This document shows positions 48,731 through 62,708 of a stretch of DNA of 64,000 nucleotides, piece after piece. The DNA is from Cetorhinus maximus. Taxonomy: Eukaryota. The DNA lies in contig NC_135887.1 in assembly GCF_964194155.1 (NCBI RefSeq), positions 29,264,001-29,328,000 of the forward strand. The letters run 5' to 3'. Below the pieces are notes generated by a model, which was given only the letters and a program-made list of their open reading frames with translations, had not been told where the DNA came from and did not search any database. The stretch's first letter is position 1. Each line of letters begins with the position of its first letter. The translations under genes and the position numbers were made by a program.

Positions 48731-49800
48731 GCCACAGAATTGTTTGGATTTTATAAATTTCTGAACAAAAACGTTGAATATTGTATAGCTACTTGCTCTC
48801 AACTTGATGCTGATGGAGTCCTTTCACCTGTCAGGCATCTTATTCAGTTGTTCACAGTTGGAGGCCAGTTGGGTTGGCTATTAAGTGGTTTTAAATTGAT
48901 CATTGTCCTTCTGGGAGGTTGGGTGAAGAAACAGATGGAACCCGATTTGCTGTTAGAGGTACTGATCACAGAGAGGCTTTATTTTAAAATCAAATGATGA
49001 TTGAGTTAAAAACCACTTGGCGTTCTGTGCATCAATCTCTGACTTCAGTTTAACATGAAGTGTTGGGACCTGTCAGAGCCCATTCAAGGGAACTTGGCAT
49101 TCTTTCAGTATGGCAGTGCACAGAATTGCAGTTGGAGTGAGTCTCTCTGCTGCTGTGCATTGGGGGAAATTGGGCCAGTGTTCTGTTTTCCAACTGAAAG
49201 TTTGCTTCAGTTGTCATTCTTGGCAAGAGTAATGCTTGAATTGTTGTTGGAGAGATGTGGAAGGGTTCTGCAATGGCTGGCTTGTTTTGCACATGTTTTA
49301 GGATGCCATTAAGTAAATGCCACTAAAACAAAATAATCACCCACTTTGATTACTTACTCTGGGGCATACGAAATCAGCCCCACTGCTGTTTTTTTTGCGG
49401 CTTTTTTATTTTTATTAGAGCTGTCACGAACTCCCCCAGCCCCATCTCTCCTCCCCTCCGCCCCCCCCCAACACTGCCAACATGGTCAGCTAAGGTGAGG
49501 GGATCGCTTGAAATAAAGTATTGTTTTTGGCCCCCTTTCCCATCTCCTGGTTCAATACCAGGAACGCCATTTTAAAAAGTAGAAAACTTTCAAATATCTT
49601 TTTCTTTGGAGTAGTAAAATAAATGACAATTTCCCTTGGATCTATAATTGGGTAGCATTGCTAGGCTTCATGAGATTTCTCCTCATGATGGTGGCCAAGT
49701 CTTATTCTTCCTGCCTACCTGGTTATATTTATCTACTCTACTTAGCTCTGGCAAGCAGTGCATAACTAACAGTTATTGGGGGAAAAAAGGAATTGCTCTA

Positions 49801-50050
49801 TACCACCTGCAAGTTTCTCTCCAAGTCGCACACCATCCTGACTTGGAACCATATGTTCCTTCACTGTCGCTGGGTCAAAATCCTGGAACTCCCTTCCTAA
49901 CAGCACTGTGGGTTTGCCTACACCACACGGACTGCAGCGGTTCAAGAAGGCAGCTCACCACCCATCACCTTCTCAAGGGCAATTAGGAATGGGCAATAAA
50001 TGCTGGTCTATCCAGTGATGCCCACATCCCATGGGCAAATATTAAAAAAA
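49801..50050 (+). mobile_element. Family B LINE 3' end
   Basis: accacctgcaagtttctctccaagtcgcacacc...gggcaataaatgctgg...cccacatccc. Confidence 0.88.
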
Positions 50051-50704
50051 GAGTAGTTTAGGTTGAAAGCTTCAACCCGAATAATGGCCTTTCATCAGAT
50101 TCATTAGATTATTTTCCATATTTGCGAACCATTCCCTGTCTGGTAATGATTGTGGAGGCGGTGGGGGGCTGCTTAGTTTCACTGTCTGATAATGGCAGGC
50201 GGGGGTGGGGGTCAGTGCCTGTAATATAGTCTATAAACACTAGGCTACAGCCACAGGTTAAATTTTCCAAATATTAATTTACTCTTCTGCTTTTCAGTTT
50301 TAAAGGTAGTTTTACATTGTGGGTTAGAATGCTTGGGAGAACCTGTAAGTGCACTTGGAACTTTTGCAGCATATTGTTAAATTTTCAGGTCTGTATGGAT
50401 AATTTGTTAGCCTCTTATAATTTCTATTGGACTAATTGCTCATTTTTATTAATCTAACTGGTGCGTGTGCATGTTTTATGCAACACAACTTTATTTAATT
50501 TTATACTAACAAATGACTTCTGAGCTCTTTCTCCTCACCTGACCCTATTATCAATAAAAATATATTTCTTTCTGCTTTATCTGCACTCATCCCTGTCACT
50601 TACTGTCCTTATCCCCAGTCATCTCTAACTACTGCTGCCCTCTCAGACTCTTCCCCCACCTGTCCCACCACTCAAATGCTGTCAAATTGAGAATAAGATC
50701 AGAA

Positions 50705-50830
50705 AACTAAGCAAAACACTGCAGATGCTGGAAATCTGAAAATGAAACAGGAAGCTCGATAGAATTGGCAGATGAAGCAGCACCTGTGGAGAAATGAAGC
50801 CAGTCAGTTGTTGGTTCTAGCCTAAGACCT
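50705..50830 (-). mobile_element. Penelope-like terminal fragment
   Basis: aagcaaaacactgcagatgctggaaatctgaaa...gcagcacctgtggaga. Confidence 0.6.
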
Positions 50831-53140
50831 TTCTCTCTCAGACCTGAAATGCTGATTGATTGTCATCTGTTGTCCCCACGTTTGCAGTCTTTCTTTTCTG
50901 ATCTATACTTTCATTCTTGCCTCAGTGCACGTATGTTTCAGCCTTTGGTTCTGTTTCTACTACACCTTCACCTTTCCTGCTTGGCCTGTAGCAGACACCA
51001 CCGCCTGATCACCAAGATAACAGAGCCTCCTGTGGTCACCAGCGTAGTGTCCTGCAGTCAGCAAGCATTTTTGAGGCTACAGAGAGGAAAAATCAGTGGC
51101 TTTTCTTGCAGCAGTAAGTTGAGTCTTCTCGCATGCTGCTACCTGGCTGGATGGAAAAAGATGCTGTTGCATGAACTAATTTTTGAAATTTGCTCATTTA
51201 GGCAAGTAACCTATACAATACAAACAGCTATTTGGGGAAAAGCTTGCAGTGAATCAAAGTTATAGGAGATCCAATTAAAGATTTTTCACAAAAATAAAAT
51301 ACTGCAAATGCTGGAACCTGAACAGGTTTTTCCACCTTGCCTGTTGACCTAATAAAAGTAAAGATGGGAATAGCAGCACATTTCCTGTCGTTCTTGTGAC
51401 ATGTGCATCACTTACTACTTCATGTATCATTTAGTAAAATTTACAAGCAGCCTGCCTATCCGTTTTTTCCATTGTGCAGTACCACACCTAGCTGTGATTC
51501 TCTCAGTTTACTGAGCTTTACTTTGGATGTTATGGTATAGAACTGAGATGGTTTCAGTCTGCTTTCTCTCCATCTCTCGAGGTTGTTCTCTCATACAATG
51601 CCCAGTTCTACAGACAGCAGCAGTCCTCACAAACTGTGTCTGATCTTCATCCCTTAGTTTCACATTTCTGTCTTCACTGGGCACCCACATCTACACAACA
51701 TCCAAGCCAGAAGTATGCTGTGATGCTCATTTGGGCCAAAGAACTTGCTGATATTCACTGTGAAAGCTTGCTTGTATGGAAATGGCCACATTTTTTGAAG
51801 TATGGACTCTGACTAGGATTGGCCCAGCCATGACCTTCAGGCCCATAGCCTGCCAATGCTTGCTGTGAAAATCCATGTTAGAAAGGCTACGTGGTTGGAT
51901 GAGGGTCTGAAAGTGATGGACTTTAGGGTAGAAGGGTTAAGAGGAAAAGGGTGGGGTCAATAAATTCAGTTCCCTTGATGTAAGTGAAAGTATCGCCAGG
52001 TTTAATAATAAACCACACAGCCTAGAAGATCTCCATTTCCCTCCTCTGTTTCTGCTGATTTGGCCAATCTTTACCAAAACACAAAGAGTAGCTGGAGTGG
52101 AATTTTTAAAAAAAATTCTGCCAGTGTTTCTGCTTCTGTTCATTCTACCAGGAACCAAAGCTGCTAAGCTTTGACCAATGAGTGAATACAATATTCCCCA
52201 CCTCCACCACCTTGCACATATTCAGCCAGGAGTTGCTGGGTCAGTGATCAGAACAACTTGTGAAGTATTGCTTGTAGCCACCTGCACCCCAGGCTCCTTC
52301 ATGAGAGCAGAAAGGAAGGAAAAAATAGGCAAGAGAGGAGGATTGCAGAGTTATTATGAATAAACACGATATCTATTACAACATGAAGTCCCTGACTTTA
52401 GTAATCTGTCAATCACTAAATAGCCAAGATAAACCCCTGCAGCAGCAACTTCTCTCTCTCTCTACCGTTAATATTGTGCTTGGCAGATCCAGTCAAGCCA
52501 TTTGCATGATATATATTTCATTAATAAAACCAGAAATTTTGCAACCCCGCCACTGACAGCTTGGCAAAGTTCAAAAAAAGTCAAAGGTGTTTTGTACTGT
52601 TGCTCCTTAATACAATGGAAATTTATATTAAAACATCACTGTACATGCTAGAGTTGGATGCTGCTGTCTGCTCTTTCTTTCCTGTTTTCTCCATCATCTT
52701 TCTGCTGGAGTGCAATTTCACAGGTACCCTCCCCAAATCACCCTTCTCCTTGTGTGAGCCTGGATGGCAAATGTTGGCAGGACATGTGACCCCAATGCAA
52801 ATCACAGCAGGGTCTGACTCTTGTCCCCACTCATTATTCACACGTGCCCATCCTTCCAGCAGGTGCCACTGAATGTAGACCAAGTTCAGAACCACCGGTT
52901 GATATTTTTCTTCTTCAACCCAAGAGTGCTAAGCTCAGTTGTATTTTTCCCAAATGCTTCCCTGCCTGAGATGAACCAATGTGGTAAAGGACTGGGGAAG
53001 GGAGGAACATATCAACTTTTGCTACCACCTGATAGAACAATGTGTTGGAATGCACTGTGTCCACATTGATAGCTGTAAGTAGCTCGCTCTTGCAAAATTT
53101 CCATACACTGTTTTAATCAAGATACTTCACCATTAGGAGT

Positions 53141-54774
53141 GAGGAGCTGAGGATACCAGAAATGTTGGGGAACTGAAAGAAATCCGTATTAGTAGGAAAT
53201 GGTGTTGGAGAAATTGATGGGATTGAAGGCCGATAAATCTCCAGGGTCTGATAATCTACGTTCCAGAGTAATTGAGGAAGTGGCCCTAGAAATAGTGGAT
53301 GCATTGGTGGTCATCTTCCAAGATTCTATATACTCTGGAACAGTTCCTACAGATTGGAGGGTAGCTTATGTAACTCCACTGTTTAAAAAAGGAGGCAGGG
53401 AGAAAACAGGAAATTAAAGACCAGCCAGCCTGATGTCGGTAGTGGGGAAAATTCTAGAGTCCATTATAAAAGATTTAATAGCTGAGCACTTGGAAAACAG
53501 TGGCAGAATCGGACAGAGTCAGCATGGATTTACGAAAGGGAAATCATGCTTGACAAATCTACTGGAATTTTTCGAGAATGTAACTAGTAGAGTTGATGAG
53601 AAGGAGCCAGTGGATGTGGTTTATTTGGACTTTCAGAAGGCTTTCGACAAAGTCCCACATAAGAGATTAGTGTGTAAAGTTAAAGCACATGGGATCGGGG
53701 GTAGTATATTGAGATGGATAGAAAACTGGTTGGCAGACAGGAAACAGTAGGAATAAATGGTTTTTTTGCCGAATGGCAGGCAGTGACTAGTGGGGTACTG
53801 CGGGGATTGGTGCTGGGACCCCAGCTATTCACAATATATATTAATGATTTAGATGAGGGAGCTAAATGTAATATCTCCAAATTTTCAGATGACACAAAAC
53901 TAGGGAGGGTGAGCTGTGAGGAGGATGCAGAGATGTTTAAGTGTGATTTGGACAAGCTGAGTGAGTGGGCAAATGCATGGCAGATGCAATATAATGTGGA
54001 TAAATGTGAGGTTATCCACTTTGGTAGCAAAAACAGGAAGGCAGATTATTATCTGAATGGCTATAAATCGAGAGAGGGGAATGTGCAACGAGACCTGGGT
54101 GTCCTTGTACACCAGTCGCTGAAGGTAAGCATGCGGGTGCAGCAGGCGGTAAAGAAGGCAAATCGCATGTTGGCCTTCGTAGTGAGAGGATTCGAGTACA
54201 GGAGCAGGGATGTCTTGCTGCAATTGTACAGGGCCTTGGTGAGACCACACTTGGATTATTGTGTGCAGTTTTGGTCTCCTTATCTGGAGAAGGATGTTCT
54301 TGCTATAGACGGAGTGCAGTGAAGGTTTACCAGACTGATTTCTGGAATGGCGGGACTAACATATGAGGAGAGATTGAATCGGTGGAGTTCAGAAGAATGA
54401 GGGGGGATCTCATAGAAACCTATAAAATTCTAACAGGACGAGACAGGGTAGGTGCAGGAAGGATGTTCCCAATGGTGGGGGAGTCCAGAACCAGGGGTCA
54501 CGGTCTGAGGATACAGGGCAGACCATTTAGGACTGAGATGAGAAATTTCTTCACCCAGAGAGTGGTGAGCCTGTGGAATTCGCTACCACAAAGTAGTTGA
54601 GGCCAAAACATTGTATGTTTTGAAGAAGGAGTTAGATATAGCTCTTGGGGCGAAAGGGATCAAAGGATATGGGGAGAAAGCAGGAGCAGGCTATTGAGTT
54701 GGATGATCAGCCATGATGAATGGCAGAGCAGGCTCGAAGGGTCGAATGGCCTACTCTTGCTCCTGGTTTCTATG
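53141..54774 (+). mobile_element. Young CR1 LINE, 5'-truncated, same subfamily as 31630-33181
   Basis: KADKSPGSD, DWRVAYVTPLFKKG, YLDFQKAFDKVPH and SKFSDDTKL motifs; canonical tail. Confidence 0.96.
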
Positions 54775-55309
54775 AGAGCCATTAATGCCCAGCATCATTG
54801 TAATATTGATAGACGAAGACTTGCTTCTGACCGCTCAGGGATATAATTGTCAATCTACTATTTAAAAATACAGGCCAGCTGACCTGTTTCACTTCCACCC
54901 CCCACTATTACCACCAAACATCCACGTAACCTTATAGACATCATCTTATGAAGCAGTTAACAAAAGACAAAATGGAGTCACAAAAGCATGCAATCCTTTA
55001 AACAGGTGACCAGATGCTTGATTAAAGTGGTAGGTTTTAAAGGTGATGTAAAAAAGGAGAGAAATAGAGAGGTGGAAAGGCATCGGGAAAAACTGCAGAG
55101 CTTAAGGCCTTGGCAGCTGAAGGCATGGCTGCCCGTGATGCCGCGATGAAAATTAGGGATGTGCAAGAGACCGGAATTGGAGGAATGCAGGTACCCGAGG
55201 GTTGTGGAGCTGGAGGAGGTTACAGAGGTAGGTTGGGCGAAGCCAATGGAAGCATTTGAACACCAGGGTGAGAATTGTAAATTCGAGGCTTTGCTGGACT
55301 TGAAGCGAT

Positions 55310-56737
55310 TTTTATTTTTTAATTTTATTCATTCACAGGATGTGGGCTTCGCTGGCTCGGCCAGCATTTATTGTCCATCCCTAATTGCCTTTTTAGAAGG
55401 TGGTGGTGAGCTACCTTCTTGAACCTCTGCAGTCTATGTGGTGTAGATACACCCACAGTGCTGTTAGGATGGGAGTTCCAGGATTTTGACCCAGCGACAG
55501 TGAAGGAACGGCGATATATTTCCAAGTCAGGATGGCGTGTGGAGGGGAACTTCCAGGTGGTGGTGATCCTGTCTATCTGCTGTCCTTTTCCTTCTAGATG
55601 ATAGTGGTAGTGGGTTTGGAAGGTGCTGTCAAAGAAGCCTTGGTGAATTCCTGCAGTGCATATTGTAAATGGTACACACTGCTGCTACTGTGTGTCGGTG
55701 GTGGAGGAAGTGAATGTTTGTTTGTTGATGTGCCAATCAAGTGGTATGGGAGCTGCATTCATCCAGGCAAGTGGAGAGTATTCCATCACACTCCTGACCT
55801 GTGCCTTGTAGATGGTGGACAGGCTCTGGGCGGGGGGGGGGTCAAGAGGTGAGTTATCTGTTGCATGATTCCTTGCCTCTGACCTGCTCTTGTAGCCACA
55901 GTATTTGTGTGGCTAGTCCAGTTCAGTTTCTGGTCAATAGTAAACCCCAGGATGTTGACAGTGGGTGATTCAGTGGGTAATGCCATTGAATGTCCAAGGG
56001 GCGATGGTGAGATTCTCTTGTTGGAGATGGTCATTGCCTGGCACTTGTGTGATGCAAATGTTACTTGCCACTTGCCAGCCCAAGCCTGGAAATTGTCCAG
56101 GTCTTGCTGCATTTGGACATGGACTACTTCAGTATCTGAGTCGTCGCAAATGGTGCTGAACGTTGTGCAATCATCAGCGAGCATCCCCACTTCTGACCTT
56201 ATGATGGAAGGAAGGTCATTGATGAAGCAGCTGAAGATGGCTGGGCCAAGGGCACTACCCAAAGGAACTCCTGCAGTGATGTCCTGGAGCTGAGATGACT
56301 GACTTCCGACTCCAACCACAACCACCTTCCTTTGTGCTAGGTATGACTCCAACCAGCAGAGAGTTTTCCCCTTGACTTAGCACTCGGTCAAATGCTGCCT
56401 TGATGTCAAGGGCAGTCACTCTCACCTCACCTCGAGAGTTCAGCCCTTTTGTCCGTGTTTGAACCAAGGCTGTAATGAGGTCAGGAGTTGAGTGGGCCTG
56501 GCAGAACCCAAACTGGCCGCCAGTGAGCAGGTTATTGATAAGCAAGTGCTGCTTCATAGCACTGTTGATGACTCTTTCCATTGCTTATGATCGAGAGTAA
56601 ACTGATGGGGCGGTAATTGGCTGGGTTGGATTTGTCCTGCTTTTTGTGTACAGGACATACCTGGGCAATTTTCACATAGCTGGGTCAATGCCAGTGTTGT
56701 AGCTGTACTGGAACAGCTTGGTTAGAGGTGCGGCGAT
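55310..56737 (-). mobile_element. Family B LINE, 5'-truncated
   Basis: ORFs 55786..56352 and 56255..56581 with GVPLGSALGP, MLADDCT, ALDIKAAFDRV. Confidence 0.92.
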
Positions 56738-56754
56738 TGTAGATCAATGAGCTA

Positions 56755-56870
56755 AGATAAAAGCAAAATTCTGTGGATGCTGGAAATCTGGAATAAAAAC
56801 ATGAAATGCTGGAAAAGCTCACCAGCTCTGGCAGCATCTGTGGAGAGAGGAACAGAGTTAACATTGAGCC
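56755..56870 (-). mobile_element. Penelope-like terminal fragment
   Basis: aaagcaaaattctgtggatgctggaaatctgg...gcagcatctgtggagagaggaacagagttaac. Confidence 0.75.
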
Positions 56871-58554
56871 CATATGTCGATCAGCGAGCAGCAGGTAGTG
56901 GGTAAATAGGACATGGTGAAAGCTCCTTTTCAGAGGTTGGACAATGGGAGGGCGATCAGAAGAGAAATAGAATAGTTGAGCCTGGAGGCAGCAAAGGCAT
57001 GGATGAGGGTTTCAGCAGTGGATGAGCTGAGAAGGGTGGAGTCAGGTGATGTTGCACAGGTGGAAGTAGGAATCAATGATGGAGAGAGTATGGAGCCAGA
57101 AGCTCAAGCTGAATGGTGCAGCTGTGAACTATCTGGTTCAGCTAAAGGCACTGTCTGGGGAGGAAATTTATGCTTATGCAAAACTGAATGTTGGACAAAT
57201 ATGTGTCAATGGAAGGATTGAAACAGTTGGTGGTAAGATGGAGCTGGGTGTTATCAGCATACCTGTGGGGTTTATTTTTATCTAATAGATATTTTTGCAC
57301 AGCTGACAAGATGGGTCAGGATGTAAAATGTTTCACTTCGCCAGATTGGTTAAATATCCAATTCTATAAATTTGGCTTCCTCACTATGGGGAATTTTCAT
57401 GATGTCAGACAGTTGTGCAGCTTTGGGTTCTATAAAAAGGAAAATGATCAATTTACAACTAACCAGTGAACTTTTCTCAGGTTTTTATTGGGTAAAGGAG
57501 AACTGAAAGCATCAAAATGCCCCTCCATAGCTTTGTCTGCGATGAAGGTATGAACCTGCTCACTGAAATACTATGTTTGCAACTCTTGCCACTTGTTTTT
57601 ACCAGCTATTTTCAACTCACCCTTACAAAAAGACACAGATTACAAGTTGAGCCAATTCCTTAATTTATTGAAGCAAATGGCTCCATGGCTTTGATTACTG
57701 TGTGTCTGGAAGATGGTTATGTTTAGCTTCTGACCTTTTTAAGGCTTCTGCTCAGATGTAATCTGTGGGGAAGTGGTCTACGTAAGTCTTGAGGTCAGCC
57801 AGAGTTTAACAGCTGTTTGCTGAGGGAAGTCTGAGACTTGGAAAGTTTTGGTTCCACGTCAGAAATAAACATAGGCACCTTTCTTCATTTATGTGTGCAC
57901 TTTTGACATGTAATTGTGATGCCTGAAGTGTGCCAGCTTCACTCCAACTTCTACATAGATGATTACCTTCAAATATTACAGGAATCCTTTAATGCTGCAG
58001 AATGAGGAAGCATTTACTTGAGAAAGGCAGAACACAGCCAACCATGTGTATTTTATTAAAAACCTGAACGTGCTTAAGCAAAACACTTGAAGCAAAACAA
58101 AATTTCTGAACTCTCAGCTAGGGCAGCAATGGGAACGCTATGATCGACTCCTGTGCTCTTGGGTAAGAACTGCTCAAGCCTCCTGTTCCTGGTCACTGCC
58201 CTGTGAGCCTGATGGAAAGTTCACATCCCTGGGTTGGTTAGACTTGACATGGACTAGACTTTGATGCTTTAACTAGTTTTGTTTTCTCACTAGGGCTTCA
58301 CAATGACCCCTTTTCCTGAGAACTCCAAGAGCTCTCTGATCCCAACGTTCCGGGTAGCAAAATAGACACCCCTTTTGTAACTCAGTTATACATTTACAAC
58401 TTGAAGGAGTCAGAGGAAGTGGCTGAAGAAGGATACAGCAGAGAAATGAGGTTTCCTGCAGAAGGAGGGCACACATGAATTACCTGGACCCACCCAAGCG
58501 TGGGCGAGTAATGGATCCCTGATTCATGCAGATGTGTGTTGCACTGAGATTTTG

Positions 58555-58775
58555 TTTGCTCAGTTGTCGGGACCTGGAATGCTGTACCTCGAAAGGTGGT
58601 GGAAGCTGATTCCATAAATCATTTTAAAAAGGGGGCTGGAGAGCTGCTTAAAGATGAGAAATTTACAGGGTTATGAGCAAAAAGTGGGACTGAAATGTGG
58701 GCCCAAGCGTGACAGCTTTTTCAAAAAGCCTGCACAGACTCGGCAGGTGATGTGATGTGTTTCTAATGATTCATA
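58555..58775 (+). mobile_element. Degenerate CR1-type 3' tail
   Basis: cctggaatgctgtacctcgaaaggtggtggaagctgattcc...ttttaaaaagggggctgg. Confidence 0.5.
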
Positions 58776-60949
58776 TACCAGCATCAGTGAGTGTTTGGGA
58801 AATGAGAAAAGAAAAATGTGAGTGGGAATGGGAGGATTGGGGAAAGGTTGGGTAAAATTTGTTTAATCTATGCCTGCTTAATACTACATTATTGTATCTT
58901 CTCTATAGTCAAACCATTTTCCTAGAGGATAGGGCATGGGTGGCACTCTTGGTAGTTGTTTCCATTAATTAACATTTCAGCTCGGTCCATTTGTACATAG
59001 GATGAATGGCAAACATCCAGCTATTAAAATAAATCTGTGTTGCAATTGCTGTGGTCAAGTTCCATTCCTGCAAAAAGTGCAAATGGAAGAGAAATTCTCA
59101 TGTTTATTACTTGGCTGAAGAATGAAGGCCACTCCTACAATACAACTTTTTAACTTAATACAGTGGTGTGTACTGTTATAATGGTTCCCCCACCCTGTTT
59201 GTTGCTGTCTGAAGTTGCTCACTCCTGGCTCAAAGTCTGCAGGCTACACTCTGGCACCTTGACTAAGTGGCCATTCTTTTCACACGCATCTGGACAGTGG
59301 GTCATGTCAGGGCCCAATTCTGTCCTCGTGCAACACCCATACCTGCATATTTCAGCCCTAGTCTATTTTCTCCTTACTCAACCCAACAATTCAGTGCTGA
59401 GCCCAGATGGAGGACCCTGACTGATCAGGATTCTTTCTTTTGTTAGGTTACCACAGAATCCATTTTGTGAGGTAATTTTGTAGCTGAATGGACTACCTTT
59501 CAGAAATATACTCTTCATATTATGCTAAATACCCATATAAGCTAGTAGATAAATCTAATGCATTCCCTCCAAACTTTAGCCTCTGTGTCTATTACAAGCC
59601 TGAAAAATGTATGTGCTTCTCGCTATTTTAGCCCATGCTACCTGCAGCCTTACATGTACTGTACTCCCCTCTTTCCACTGTGCCCTCGCCCTGACCTAAA
59701 AAAAAAATTCTGGCATTTACACTCTGTAAACGTGCAGCATTTTCGTTGAATGATCAAGAAAGCAAATTTTGATTGCTGTCAGCAACTTAGTTAGAACTTC
59801 ACCCTGCAAATATCACAAAGCCATGGATAATAGATATGCAAAAAATGACCAGATAACTTCTGATGTTTGGCTATGATGTTTTTGGGGACTAGATTTTAAA
59901 AAGCAAATGGAGGTAAAGTACTTAGTTGTGTATGTAGAAACCTTTTGGTTTCCATCTTATTGTAGGCCTTGCTCCCAGTTAGAACAAATAACGTGTGTAT
60001 AACTGATTTAAAAACAAGCAGGGTTTAGGCTTCTTCACCGATCTGCGTCTGTTTAAAGTTTGGTGAGTAAAAGGATAACGCTAATAATAAATATTTGTTG
60101 TGGTGCCCAGTATAACAGTTAATCATGGTTTCTGTGTGTCTCAGATATCTGAGGCCATTTATTGAGCTGAAGCACTTACTTGGAAGATATATACAGCTCC
60201 CCTCATGGGTGTAACACTAAACCAGGAAGGTTTTTGCTGTGTTTGCTGGCCTCACCTGGAGATAGGGTTGCTGTCTCTGAGCTAGGGCTAATCAAAGTCA
60301 GCCTCAGTTCCCATTCTTCATTATTTCCCAATGATTCCTTTTAGTAATTTTACATGAAGGTAATCAACTGTAATGATCTTCAGCTGATCCTGATCTCACC
60401 AGACATTAAATACAAGTCGAACACCATTCTCCCTTCCGATGTACCACCAACTGCTCGAAAGGACTTTTATTTTGCAAATTTGCATTTATCATGGTATGAT
60501 GTTTCCAAAACTCAAAGCAAGTTGTGGAGCCAAAGAATTCACACGTTTCCTACTTACGATCTATTTTTGTAAAAGCTGATGGTGAATGAATTGCTGCTAA
60601 AGTTAGCTCTTCCTCCAGATTGTCTTCTCGGGACCTTTGAGCTGCTACTTTGCGATGCATCCTTTTGTTTAACAACTCTTGTGCAGTTAGCACTTCCTGT
60701 TTGGAAGCTTCTGAAAATAACTGTTCCATAGAGAGAGCACTTCCTTCTTGTTGTCACTGTCAAAACAATAATGCTGATGAATTGCGGCCGGGGTTTCTCT
60801 CCTTGCTCAGATAACCCAGGGCAATACTGGATCTATCGTGTGAGACCAATCAATAGTATGATGTCTACAGTTAGAGTAGGAAAAAACTTTCTTGCACTGT
60901 GTTGTGAACATACGGAATATACAGAATTAGTGATTGAACATTGTTAATG

Positions 60950-61222
60950 CTTGCATTTATATAGCACCTTTCTAACATAGTAAGGCACACCAAGGTGCTT
61001 CACGTGGAAAGATCAAATACAATTTGATATCGAGTCACATGAGATATTAGGACAGGTGATCAAAGAGGTAGATTTTAAGAAGCACCTTTTAAAGGAAAGA
61101 GGGAGAATTAAAGATGCTTAGAGGTTTAAGGAGGGAATTCCAGAACTTAGGGTGTAGACAGCATGACCACTAATGGTGGAGCGATTAAAATTGAGGATGC
61201 CCAAGAGGACAGAATTGGAGGT
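60950..61222 (-). mobile_element. L2-type LINE 3' fragment
   Basis: cttgcatttatatagcaccttt...gagggaattccagaacttaggg. Confidence 0.7.
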
Positions 61223-61974
61223 ACAAAAGTAGAATTTTATGCCAATTCTATTTCAGTACAAATACTTGTGTGTTCTTATCTCTGGGAGCAAAATACATTC
61301 CAAGCATTGGCTCAAGGTAGATTCTTCTCTCTTGGGTAGAATTACATAGGAATGAATGGCTTGGTCATTTCTGTCAATCCATGCTGGTGTTTATCCTCCA
61401 CAATCTAAACCTATGTGCCTGTTCCCTTTTCCCTTTCATTCAACCACCTAGTTAACCTGCTTTTAATTTTTTTTTCATAAAATATACTTTATTCATAAAA
61501 TATCTGAAAGAACATTACAAAACATTTTTAAATGGCCATCAAAAAGTGCAATCAGATTCAACTTTTACACATGGATCACTAGGTGCTTCAGTATAATCAA
61601 TGAATATTACAGTAATTTCAATTTGGTCATTACAGACAGTCAGTGCAATGGCATTGGGGTTAATTGTTGATATGGTCTCTCAGTTACTACTCCATTCCAC
61701 AGCTTTGCAATCCTCTGCACACAGGAGAATCTCAAACAAGTGGTTATATCTTAACTTTTAAACTAAAGGACAATCTAGAAAAATCTCAACACAAATAGAT
61801 GCAAAATCAATTGAAGTACTTAATAAAAGTGTGATTGGGGTTTATTTAAAAAGTAGTGGTGTAAAGAGCTTGGGAGGAAAGGCAGGGAATTGTAATGAAT
61901 AGATAGAGCTATCATAGCTAACAAATGCTAGAATGGTTCTGTTCCCAGTGAAAGAAATTAAACTAGTATCTGCC

Positions 61975-62335
61975 TGGCTAGGTGGCAGCTCCCATGTTCA
62001 AATCTCAGCTCAGGACTTGAACTATAAGGCAGACTGACACTTGCAGCACTGAATCAATATTATTGTCTTTGGGTGAGACAGTAAATCAAGGCTGAATCTG
62101 CTTGTCCAGTTTGATGTGAAAGATCTCTCACTGTATCACTATTCAAATAAGTGCAAGGAACTTGTCCAGGTACCCTAGTCAACAATTAACCCTGAACCAA
62201 AACAGATTAGCTGGGTATCTATCTCATTGTTGTTTGCAGGTCCTTGTGCACTTGATGCTTGGTGCATGCACTTAAATACCCACTGTACTTTAAATGTAAT
62301 TCAACTCTTTGAGAATGTGAAAGGCCCTATAGAAA
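61975..62335 (+). mobile_element. Degenerate Deu-domain SINE
   Basis: tttgggtgagacagtaaatcaagg core; tail gtgaaaggccctatagaaatg. Confidence 0.55.
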
Positions 62336-62414
62336 TGTCCTGTGCAGCTGCAGCACTAAGATTGGAAGGTCCCAAGCTGCCTGGGACTCGAGAAGTATCA
62401 TAAGTGGCTTAAAT

Positions 62415-62630
62415 AAAACAAACTACTAGAAATTCTCAGCAGATCAGCCAGTATCTGTGGAGAGAGAAAGGGTTAATGTTTCGGGTCGATGACACTAGAA
62501 CAATTTTCATGCAAGTTCACAGACCTGAAGCATTAACTATTTTGCTCTTCACAGACACTGCCAAACCTGCTGAGTATTTCTAGCATTCTATGGTTTTATT
62601 TCAAATTTCCAGCATCCCCATTATTGTTTT
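62415..62630. mobile_element. Inverted pair of Penelope-like terminal fragments
   Basis: ctagaaattctcagcag...tctgtggagagag opposite ctcttcacagac...ctgctgagtatttctag. Confidence 0.7.
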
Positions 62631-62708
62631 CATTTAATATGATGTGGTTATTGTTTATCTTGTTCAATCCCAATAACTTGCACTGCATTTGTGGTTTTTT
62701 TTTCCCAG

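Larger units (their letters stand above)
54985..57270 (-). mobile_element. L2-type LINE remnant (54985-55305 and 56880-57270) interrupted by younger elements
   Basis: Reverse AFSCQGLKL motif; gagctgggtgttatcagcata reads YADNTQL on the minus strand. Confidence 0.65.

Noticed and set aside
58294-58353. Possible extra DTX2 exon after ttttgttttctcactag
   Set aside because: The frame continuing from exon 2 stops after four codons, the donor is weak, and there is no Deltex similarity.
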